16,538 nucleotides of DNA from Raphidiopsis brookii D9 (GTDB taxonomy: Bacteria; Cyanobacteriota; Cyanobacteriia; Cyanobacteriales; Nostocaceae). Where the stretch lies: contig ACYB01000032.1 in the NCBI GenBank assembly GCA_000175855.1, forward strand, positions 1 through 16,538, given 5' to 3'. The notes below the pieces were generated by a model. That model did no database searches and was not told where the DNA came from. It worked only from the letters and a program-made list of their open reading frames with translations. This document shows positions 9,410 to 16,538 of this stretch, piece by piece (the stretch's first letter is position 1; every line of letters begins with the position of its first letter). The translations under genes were made by a program, and so were the position numbers.

Positions 9410-10315
9410 TTAATCTTCCCGAACATTTGTATTAAACAATGTCATTTGACATTGTCCAAATCCCACCGATTCTAGCCCCCCTAGGTAAACATTACTGACC
9501 ACTTTTTTGTCATTATTTCCATCATGTTTAGCCTTACTATCTTGAGGTTTATGATTCTGAACTTCCTTTTTACCAAAGGGTTCCCACTGTTTATTATCCC
9601 TATTTTTTTTCAATCCAATGGGAAAAGCTAAAATTGTTTCTTCTGGTAATGCTTCAACTCCGAAAAAAGCTTTGTCTGCATTGCGCTTTTGATTTTTCTC
9701 CAGGGCAACACGACTTTGACGATACAAGGCCATGTCGTGAATCATGGATATTTCATCATCACCGACTATGACTGCTGGTAATTCTTCACCGTCGGGGAAC
9801 CAATCCGATGAAATAGTACCATTGGCAATAGTCAAAAACCCAAAGTTGAAGAATAATTTTTGATTTGGCAAAGGAGTAAGTGATTCCGATTTCACGTATG
9901 TACGAGGTAATATCAAATCATTTAATCCAGCTATTCTTTGATAACGTTTAAGCAAGCGTTTACAACTTACCCAGATAATTGGTTGTCCCGGGCAAAACAC
10001 GGGTAACCACACAATAGAAGCGTATTCAAACTTTACCCGGGACTCTGTTGTTCGGTTAGAAACAGTACCGTTACTTAATTTTTGTTCGTCATCATCCGTT
10101 ACGTCACTACCATACCATATTCTGACTTCTTCTTCCCCTTGATAATATCGCATTTCTGCTCGCAATCTACCACGAATTGAGCTACCGGGAATAATACCAG
10201 TTCGGGTAAATTGATCTCGAAAAATTAGGTTCATGTTTCCCGTTTCTTCTCCTGCTGTCGCTCCCACGTGAAGTGGTGCTAAAGTTTTGATAATCCCGTA
10301 AGCTTGGTGATACAT
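9410..10315 (-). CDS. cmr4: Type III-B RAMP protein Cmr4 (backbone Cas7-type subunit)
   Basis: LAPLHVGATAG N-terminus, GIIPGSSIRGRLRAEMR, VKFEYASIVWLPVFCPGQPIIWVSCKRLLKRYQ thumb-like region, FFGVEALPEETI, and C-terminal VYLGGLESVGFGQCQMTLF. Confidence 0.85.
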   Translation of the reverse strand: MYHQAYGIIKTLAPLHVGATAGEETGNMNLIFRDQFTRTGIIPGSSIRGRLRAEMRYYQGEEEVRIWYGSDVTDDDEQKLSNGTVSNRTTESRVKFEYASIVWLPVFCPGQPIIWVSCKRLLKRYQRIAGLNDLILPRTYVKSESLTPLPNQKLFFNFGFLTIANGTISSDWFPDGEELPAVIVGDDEISMIHDMALYRQSRVALEKNQKRNADKAFFGVEALPEETILAFPIGLKKNRDNKQWEPFGKKEVQNHKPQDSKAKHDGNNDKKVVSNVYLGGLESVGFGQCQMTLFNTNVRED

Positions 10316-10390
10316 AAAGTTATTCCTCCTGATTTATTATACTCTAACCTTAGAAATGCTCGAGACGATTTTCATGAGAATTAAGGGTGG

Positions 10391-11458
10391 TTACTGATCA
10401 ATACCAATAATGTTTAGAGGTAAACATAAACCACATCCCAATTGTTTTAGAGAAAAGCCCTCATTAGGAAACCATTCGTCGGGAAATCCTGAATCATTTT
10501 CGTCTCCCCACCATGATTTATTTAATGGTTTATCAAAGACGTAAACAGTCCCTGCGGGAACCGCGTAACGCCCTCTTCCTAACCTTCCTTTTCCTTTGGT
10601 ATCTCCCAAACGGTAACGATAGGGAGAAGGCCTATCAGTAAGAATATGACTCGGTTTGGGAAATGTTGTGTGTTCTGGATTTGGATAACGGTGAGAAAAC
10701 CGAGTTGAACCCCACACTCCTGGAGTAATCAAAGCGCAACTGCGTTCAATTTTTTTCCTTAATATTTTTAATATTTTGCTATTGCTTGAAATTTCTTGCG
10801 AAGTGATTTCTACAAGATGGCTTTCACCACCAAAACAATACCATCCTTTAGGTATCTCATGGGTTGATAAATAAACTAAACAGGTTTCATCTTTCTGATC
10901 ATCTCTTGGATAATATCCCATTTGTACGGCATTTTCAAGAAATAATCCCCCTTCTTCTTCAACACATCTTTCATTTTTAACTAGCTTGGGATGCAGTATA
11001 GATATATATTTCCATGGATCATTTGTACCTTTTCCCAAATCTTTTCCCAAAATATGCTTAGCAGGAAAATCCCAATAATTAATACTGTGCCACCTACAAT
11101 CAGGGTCTAAGGAGTTCTCTTTGCGATACCATTTGTCGTTCCTAATTTCCCATTCATCTGATTGCCCACTCTCAAGATTGATAATTTTTGTCCAAGGAAT
11201 AGGAACATAAAAATATTCTAGAGCATTTAGTTTTGCCCAAAAAGGCCCAGCAACGTGTAATTTTTTTAGTTCTTGATGATCGATAAACGGTTCGGATTGA
11301 TTGGCCGCAAAAAACAAACCAGATAATGTACAAGCATCTGGTGGGAATTTGGACCCAGATCTTCCCACTAGATTTTCTGGTGACAAAAATGCCCCAGTGC
11401 TGCCATATAAAAACCCTAAAGGATTAATCACAATTAGATATTTGTACATAGTTGCCAC
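10391..11458 (-). CDS. cmr3: Type III-B protein Cmr3 (Cas5-type)
   Basis: N-terminal YLIVINPLGFLYGSTGAF, FGGESHLVEI, ALITPGVWG, KGRLGRGRYAVPAGTVYVF. Follows cas10 with a 25 bp overlap. Confidence 0.85.
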   Translation of the reverse strand: MATMYKYLIVINPLGFLYGSTGAFLSPENLVGRSGSKFPPDACTLSGLFFAANQSEPFIDHQELKKLHVAGPFWAKLNALEYFYVPIPWTKIINLESGQSDEWEIRNDKWYRKENSLDPDCRWHSINYWDFPAKHILGKDLGKGTNDPWKYISILHPKLVKNERCVEEEGGLFLENAVQMGYYPRDDQKDETCLVYLSTHEIPKGWYCFGGESHLVEITSQEISSNSKILKILRKKIERSCALITPGVWGSTRFSHRYPNPEHTTFPKPSHILTDRPSPYRYRLGDTKGKGRLGRGRYAVPAGTVYVFDKPLNKSWWGDENDSGFPDEWFPNEGFSLKQLGCGLCLPLNIIGIDQ

Positions 11459-13035
11459 CCCACGTTAATCAAATCAATAATCCAACTTGTCATAGCGTCA
11501 GCATTAGTTTTACCAGTAATTGCCTTTTCATTATTTACTAAATCCTGTTTGGTGTTAAAATAAATATCAAATAGGGTCAATGCCATAATCCATCCTGAAC
11601 TACTTTGTTTAGACAAATTAATTGCATTACGAAATCTGAGTTGCATTAAATCGTTATAAACATGGTTCCAATTAGGTTCAAACTTAGAATCTCGACCGTT
11701 GCACTCCCATTCTGCATAGGTTTTGCCGTCACGGTCTCGATATTTCTTCAGAACATATAAGTAGTCCCAAGGACAAGTCCACTGTACATACTGCCCACTA
11801 TTAAATAAAACTCGAATAGCTACACGATTACGCCCACTGGATTTTGCTAATTTCTGTGCTTCCCTACAATGCTGTAGCACATCTCGTTGGGGTACACTAC
11901 CTGCGACCCATACAAATCCAACACTCAAAGTAATGGGTTGTTTGTGTTCTTGCCATCTATGATTGAGAGTCATCAACCACTCGTAAGTTGCAAGGGGTGA
12001 AATAGGTTCATGAGGATTATTACTATAAATCACCCCCAAAAAATCATCCCCACCTGCATAAACTATCCTTCCATTAATTCCCGGAATACCTTTCTGAAAA
12101 TGACTAGAGAAATTTTCTCCCCATTTTTGCATTTCTGTACTAAAGTTTTTTAAGCCCACATCACCTTCATTTACCGCAATTTTTTGTAGGTGATCACCCA
12201 CTTTATCCCCATCTCCCATAAACCAACCTGTCCACTGTCCAGGGTTACCAGTTTGTGGATCTGGCTTGCGCTGAATTTCTTGAAATCCCTCGGGTAGAGG
12301 AAACAGTTGAAAACGTTTTCCCACATCGGGGTAAGTTACTAAACGTTTAGTCAATTCAGGAATACTCAATTTCTCTCTAGGGTCAATAAATTTACCCTCG
12401 ACTTCCTCTTGTTTGGTATTTTCAGTTATTTTTGCCAGTTCTGTGTAAAAACGTTCAATCTCTTCCTTCTCTTTTCTGTAGTCAATGTTTGCCGGATTAC
12501 GTTTATTCCCCCCCAATCCAGGAAATGCAATTCCATCAGCACCAGTGAGACTCGAACTTTCCCCAATCCAGTTAATTCCTATCCAGTCGCGAGCTAACTT
12601 ATTGGTTTCTAGTTCTCGCATAACAGAAGTGGGGGAGTCTCCCTGGGACCAAAATATCTCCCAACTGTGATTAGCCCAGTTATTCCACTCACGCTCCCAA
12701 TGGTAGGGACCCAAATGTCTTAAATTTTCACTAAGCCATTTCTCACAGTGGTAGATGACCTCTTTCCAACTTGATAAGAATACTTCTCTTGCTTGGTTCT
12801 CAGGAAAGTTACCCTTAATAAGAATGCGGTTAGGTGTTCCCTGTTTAATATTATGGGTACCGGGGGAAATTACATCCAGCTCCATTTCACAAACAGCATC
12901 GATTATTTTTTTACTCATGTAGGAAAGCAGCACTGAAGCACCATATAGGTCTCGCAGCTTACGAGATTTTTCTATAAATCCTTGTACTGGTGCAAAGGTA
13001 ACAGCAGTATATACACATTTGGGTTGATCAGCCAT
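11434..13035 (-). CDS. cas10: Cas10/Cmr2, short form lacking an N-terminal HD domain, with intact GGDD cyclase motif
   Basis: FAPVQGFIEKSRKLRDLYGASVLLSYMSKKII is typical of the Cmr2 palm start. GDGDKVGDHL and YAGGDDFLG (GGDD codons at 12043-12054). Starts with M only 7 aa before the palm signature, with an in-frame TGA 12 nt upstream, so no HD domain is encoded in frame. Confidence 0.9.
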   Translation of the reverse strand: MADQPKCVYTAVTFAPVQGFIEKSRKLRDLYGASVLLSYMSKKIIDAVCEMELDVISPGTHNIKQGTPNRILIKGNFPENQAREVFLSSWKEVIYHCEKWLSENLRHLGPYHWEREWNNWANHSWEIFWSQGDSPTSVMRELETNKLARDWIGINWIGESSSLTGADGIAFPGLGGNKRNPANIDYRKEKEEIERFYTELAKITENTKQEEVEGKFIDPREKLSIPELTKRLVTYPDVGKRFQLFPLPEGFQEIQRKPDPQTGNPGQWTGWFMGDGDKVGDHLQKIAVNEGDVGLKNFSTEMQKWGENFSSHFQKGIPGINGRIVYAGGDDFLGVIYSNNPHEPISPLATYEWLMTLNHRWQEHKQPITLSVGFVWVAGSVPQRDVLQHCREAQKLAKSSGRNRVAIRVLFNSGQYVQWTCPWDYLYVLKKYRDRDGKTYAEWECNGRDSKFEPNWNHVYNDLMQLRFRNAINLSKQSSSGWIMALTLFDIYFNTKQDLVNNEKAITGKTNADAMTSWIIDLINVGWQLCTNI

Positions 13036-13158
13036 ACTATTATTTCAAGAGTAACTACGGTTTTGCAATTTAAAAAACTACTATTCCAGCAGATGTAAAA
13101 ACCATGTTTCCGACACGTTAAAGTCTGGGACAATTTCATAAAAATCATCTTGACCTAA

Positions 13159-13776
13159 TCATATCAATTTAATGCTAGGAAAGATTATTTCATCAACAAC
13201 AATAGCAATACCTTCATCTTCCTCCTTTTTTCGTTGCATTTTTACCCTCAGTTCAAGATCTTTAACTTCCTGAGAATACTCATATTTTTTGCGATGTATT
13301 AAGTAAGCGTAAAAGCTATCAGTCCTTACTTTCTCCCCCTGTTCTTCAAGTAAAGAGACAATGTTTGGTTTTAGTTCCTCCATTTCTTTTTCAAGTTCTT
13401 TTTGAATCGTCCTAATCTCTAGATAGCGGTTGAAGTAACTACTTTTTTCATACCCCAAATCCACCAAAGGGATGTGGTGTCCCTGTTCTTTATTCAAAGG
13501 AGGTTGATAATGCTTGATTGCTTCTTCCTCCCATTCTTCTAAGTCTTGCCTATCTTCCCACAGGAAATATCTCAGACCATGGCATTTTGCTTCAAGAAAT
13601 AGGTTTTTTTTCTCGTGAGCTAAATGTCTTTGTTTTAAATTGTCCGCAATTCCACAGTACCATACCCGTGATGCACCGTCAGTAACAAAATAGATACCTG
13701 GATGTTCCGGTAGGGAATTAAAAGCGACAAAGGGCGTATAGGCAAGTTTTTTAATTTGTGTTAATTTTTCTAGCAT
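13159..13776 (-). CDS. GIY-YIG nuclease domain protein with a coiled/charged C-terminal extension
   Basis: PGIYFVTDGASRVWYCGIADNLKQRHLAH (GIY..YCG, Arg, His) and EEEAIKHYQPPLN (Glu and terminal Asn positions). Same strand, 123 bp upstream of cas10. Confidence 0.8.
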   Translation of the reverse strand: MLEKLTQIKKLAYTPFVAFNSLPEHPGIYFVTDGASRVWYCGIADNLKQRHLAHEKKNLFLEAKCHGLRYFLWEDRQDLEEWEEEAIKHYQPPLNKEQGHHIPLVDLGYEKSSYFNRYLEIRTIQKELEKEMEELKPNIVSLLEEQGEKVRTDSFYAYLIHRKKYEYSQEVKDLELRVKMQRKKEEDEGIAIVVDEIIFPSIKLI

Positions 13777-13941
13777 GTTGTTATGTTACCGGTGATTTGA
13801 TGTCGTAGTGGTTTCCTAGTTTTCATGTTTTATCAGTAAAAATACGGCTAAACTTAGATTAAAATAAATCCCGTTTGATAAGTCCAGGGGTTTACTTAAG
13901 TATTCAGGTGTTACCTACAATAAGTAATTACATTATTTTTA

Positions 13942-13965
13942 AACATCTATCCTAGGATAGATATT
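13942..13965. promoter_or_regulatory. Palindromic element copy 1, AACATCTATCC-TA-GGATAGATATT
   Basis: Contains the perfect 18-nt palindrome ATCTATCCTAGGATAGAT (13945-13962). Intergenic, about 170 nt upstream of the GIY-YIG gene start. Confidence 0.6.
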
Positions 13966-14048
13966 TTTAGGAAATTATGTAGTATTTGCTCGGAAGATAT
14001 AGGGCCAATAAGCGGGGTGGGAATTCTCTTCCTTACCTTTACTGTCAA

Positions 14049-14068
14049 AGGTTCGGTTTACCGAACCT
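14049..14068. terminator. Perfect inverted repeat AGGTTCGGT-TT-ACCGAACCT, possible terminator downstream of the DUF262 gene
   Basis: 9-bp arms with a 2-nt centre, 41 nt beyond the stop of the minus-strand DUF262 gene. Lacks a strong T tract, so function is uncertain. Confidence 0.35.
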
Positions 14069-14108
14069 CTCAATCAGTGCTTGGCTCCGATTTGCACACA
14101 GATGTACT

Positions 14109-16109
14109 TTATCTAGAATCTTGAGTTTCAATTCTCCATTCATCATCTGATAACCCTGCGGTTTCTATGGCCTTCATATAGAAGTTATAGATCACTTGTG
14201 ATGATAGGTTAACTTCAATAAAAGCTCCATTACGCAGGGTCCGTGTTTCGCGAAAGTTTTTTCTATCCCAACTTATAAAGCGGGTAAATTTCTGGACTAT
14301 ATCATTGAAGGAATTTGGTTCCAAATCAGCAATTTCATTCAAAGTTGTTTCTAAAACATCTCGCCAACTTTTAACAGGATATTGTTTCCCAGAACAAAAA
14401 ACAGCCTTTGGCTTTGGAGTAGTCCCTTTTAACTTAGTAGGGGGGGAAGATTGGGCCGATTCATCACCAAAATAACCCCAAATTTGTAAGGCAATATCAG
14501 CAAGATAGTCGGCTCTTTTTTTAATATCTTCCTCACGCCATTCCTCTCGAGATTGAAAATACTTGTTTAACTCCAAATTACTATTTCTAAAAGTCTGTTT
14601 TTTCTGTTTAAAAGAATCGTTAGAAAGTTCCCCGTTATATGCAGTAAGTGTTAAGTTTCCCAGGGTATGAACCAGAAGTTCATGGGCTTTTTCCCATTCC
14701 TCTCCCAAGTCTTTTTTCCAGGAATCACTGAGATTTTGTGGCATAATATGCTCAATCGAAACATTTTCAAACCTAACCTGTTCTTTATGTCCAAAATATT
14801 CCTCGATGGATTCAAGAATAATCTTGCATTTTTCTGATCGTTTTTCACCGTATAGTTTTACGTCAATCAATCTTGCTTTGAACTCTGCATCTTTAGGATA
14901 GTCTTGATTTTGAAGTGTTAACTTTAGCCTGTCGACAAAATTATCAGAGCCAAGAGCTGTTGCTTTGCTGACTTTTGAATGTAGTAAAGCAAATATTCTG
15001 TTTAGTCCTCTTGTTTGGATATTACAAACAAAACGACGAAGAATGAAGTTCTCGATCACTTTAAGAACAGATATAAATTCCTCTTCTGTCAGTCTTTGGT
15101 TCACACAATCATCATAACAATTTAAGAGAAATGGATAAACAGTTACAACATCTAAACGATTTAACCTACAAAGATATTTACGAATCATATCCTTGGGTTC
15201 TCGTTCTGGGTTTGAAAGTCTTGAATAATATTCCGAAAAAATGTGCAAATGTTTCAGATAAGAACGTGCATCACTTTCATTAATTCTATCTTTGATCTCA
15301 AAATAAATCTCACTTTTCTTAACATCAGAACCACTTTTAGTTAGGTAGTGGCGAATAAACTCCGTTAAATTATCACCTAGCAAATCCTGCATAGGTTGCC
15401 AATATTCAGCATGTATAGGTTCTTGATCTTCCCCAGGAATACGCATGAATAAATAATTTCGGATTAAATCCGCTTGAGTTAAAGGTCTTCCTTTAGCATT
15501 AAGACTTTCAAAAACTAAATAAGGATCATCATCAGCATTCAGAACAACACTCACCACGGAAAAACTACCACCAATAACTTCCTTTATTTTTTGCAGTTCC
15601 GATGATGATGAGATTTTTTTAATCTTCTTTTTAAAAAAGTCATAGCATTCCGAAATTCCACTTTTATTGACGCTGGAATCTGAATTGATTATTTGATGAA
15701 ACACTATACGGTCAACTTGTGTGGGTTGCAACTTATAGTAATCTGAACCATTTTTCTTTTTAAAAGGATTAACCAAAATAGTATCATTGATCTCTTTTGC
15801 CAATTCCTCCTCTGAATGTTTTACAGTATCTCTGAGTGCAGATAGCAGTATAAAAATCGTAGTCAGTCTTTGTTGTCCGTCAATTAGTAGATACTTGCTT
15901 ACTTGTTCTGGGGATGATGTAGTAGGCATAGTTACAATTGAACCCATAAAGTGGGGACGAGGTTTATCTACTTCACATAGACACAAAATATCATTCCATA
16001 ATGTCTTCCACTCAGGTACTTTCCAGCTATATGGTCTTTGAAAGAGAGGAACAATATATTGTCTTGTCCCCTCAAGAATTTGCTGTAGTTTGGTTTCTGA
16101 TGCTTGCAT
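14109..16109 (-). CDS. DUF262 + DUF1524 (GmrSD-like / ParB-HNH) defence protein with an additional C-terminal domain
   Basis: YIVPLFQRPYSWK and LLIDGQQRLTT are DUF262 motifs. ENVSIEHIMPQ...HTLGNLTLTAYNGELSN is the DUF1524 His-Me/HNH-like region. A further block KQYPVKSWRDVLETTLNEI...LRNGAFIEVNLSSQVIYNFYMKAIETAGLSDDEW follows. Confidence 0.88.
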   Translation of the reverse strand: MQASETKLQQILEGTRQYIVPLFQRPYSWKVPEWKTLWNDILCLCEVDKPRPHFMGSIVTMPTTSSPEQVSKYLLIDGQQRLTTIFILLSALRDTVKHSEEELAKEINDTILVNPFKKKNGSDYYKLQPTQVDRIVFHQIINSDSSVNKSGISECYDFFKKKIKKISSSSELQKIKEVIGGSFSVVSVVLNADDDPYLVFESLNAKGRPLTQADLIRNYLFMRIPGEDQEPIHAEYWQPMQDLLGDNLTEFIRHYLTKSGSDVKKSEIYFEIKDRINESDARSYLKHLHIFSEYYSRLSNPEREPKDMIRKYLCRLNRLDVVTVYPFLLNCYDDCVNQRLTEEEFISVLKVIENFILRRFVCNIQTRGLNRIFALLHSKVSKATALGSDNFVDRLKLTLQNQDYPKDAEFKARLIDVKLYGEKRSEKCKIILESIEEYFGHKEQVRFENVSIEHIMPQNLSDSWKKDLGEEWEKAHELLVHTLGNLTLTAYNGELSNDSFKQKKQTFRNSNLELNKYFQSREEWREEDIKKRADYLADIALQIWGYFGDESAQSSPPTKLKGTTPKPKAVFCSGKQYPVKSWRDVLETTLNEIADLEPNSFNDIVQKFTRFISWDRKNFRETRTLRNGAFIEVNLSSQVIYNFYMKAIETAGLSDDEWRIETQDSR

Positions 16110-16360
16110 CTAAATTTCCCTTGTGTTTTTTCTATACAACTTAGTAAGTCTACAACAGCTATGACTGACTCAGTTAAAATATAAACAATTATAATACTCA
16201 TCATAAGACCAAGTATTGTAAATGGTGTCGAAGAGAGAGATGAGACTACCATTACCACCACCATGAAAAAGAGCAAAAATTGAAGCAGACGCATAGTGGC
16301 AATCAAAGTAACATACTTTTTATTTTGAGGATCGCTTGATGGCGGAGTACTTGTACGCAT
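15968..16360 (-). CDS. Small hydrophobic protein with two predicted transmembrane segments (hypothetical)
   Basis: MRLLQFLLFFMVVVMVVSSL and TILGLMMSIIIVYILTESVIAVVDLL. The C-terminal third overlaps the DUF262 gene by 142 bp in another frame, so its real extent or coding status is uncertain. Confidence 0.4.
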   Translation of the reverse strand: MRTSTPPSSDPQNKKYVTLIATMRLLQFLLFFMVVVMVVSSLSSTPFTILGLMMSIIIVYILTESVIAVVDLLSCIEKTQGKFRCKHQKPNYSKFLRGQDNILFLSFKDHIAGKYLSGRHYGMIFCVYVK

Positions 16361-16383
16361 GATAAAATAGTAGGTGGTTTTCG

Positions 16384-16413
16384 ACTAAATGTGTAAATCA
16401 CAACTAAATGTAA
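16384..16413. repeat. Tandem direct repeat ACTAAATGTGTAA / ACTAAATGTAA, 19-bp period
   Basis: ACTAAATGT at 16384-16392 and 16403-16411, each followed by a TAA (after an extra GT... in copy 1), within the region upstream of the hydrophobic ORF. Confidence 0.4.
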
Positions 16414-16446
16414 GCATTTATACTGTAAAAAATTACTGGGTCTCAT

Positions 16447-16470
16447 AACATCTATCCAGGGATAGATATT
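16447..16470. promoter_or_regulatory. Palindromic element copy 2, AACATCTATCC-AG-GGATAGATATT
   Basis: Identical to copy 1 at 22 of 24 positions, differing only in the two central bases. Lies about 90 nt upstream of the hydrophobic ORF that precedes the DUF262 gene. Confidence 0.6.
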
Positions 16471-16538
16471 AACTGAGTCGCGGGGGAAAGATTTTAGCAT
16501 TTAGCAGGCGAACTTTTTCAGCTTATGTGTAACTGTAA

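Noticed and set aside
11434-11458. Cas10/Cmr3 25-bp gene overlap as something unusual
   Set aside because: Short overlaps of this type are ordinary translational coupling in cas operons; Cmr3 may also start at the second Met.
12409-12670. Plus-strand ORFs inside cas10
   Set aside because: Antisense to the conserved Cas10 gene, and two overlapping frames cover the same DNA, typical of chance ORFs.
14651-16500. ORFs 14651-14848 (-), 15787-16041 (+) and 16303-16500 (-)
   Set aside because: The first two are inside the DUF262 gene in other frames or antisense, and the third overlaps the hydrophobic ORF and the putative regulatory repeats without any motif.

Overview
This looks like a cyanobacterial defence island, supported by gene content and three GCGATCGC (HIP1-type) octamers. 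Left part (+ strand, 1-4857): the distal half of a type 1 BREX locus. It has a pglX remnant cut off abruptly near nt 70, pglZ with one apparent -1 frameshift near nt 445, and an intact brxL. Centre (- strand, 13776-5501): a compact type III-B-like CRISPR effector module read right to left. It contains a GIY-YIG nuclease-like gene, an HD-less Cas10/Cmr2 with intact GGDD, Cmr3, Cmr4, a Cmr5-like small protein, one large two-domain RAMP protein (probable Cmr6-Cmr1 fusion), and a CARF + HEPN ancillary effector (Csm6/Csx1-like) split by an apparent +1 frameshift. No cas1, cas2, cas6 or CRISPR array was recognised. Right part (- strand): a DUF262/DUF1524 (GmrSD-like) protein preceded by a small hydrophobic ORF. 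The most notable points are: (1) a GIY-YIG nuclease gene directly upstream of a Cas10 that lacks its HD nuclease domain; (2) a 24-nt near-identical palindromic element (AACATCTATCC-NN-GGATAGATATT) at 13942-13965 and 16447-16470, upstream of the GIY-YIG/CRISPR module and of the DUF262 unit respectively, suggesting shared regulation or a cassette boundary; (3) a Cmr4 that seems to lack the canonical catalytic Asp; (4) a fused large RAMP. Family assignments come from reading motifs by eye; no database search was run.
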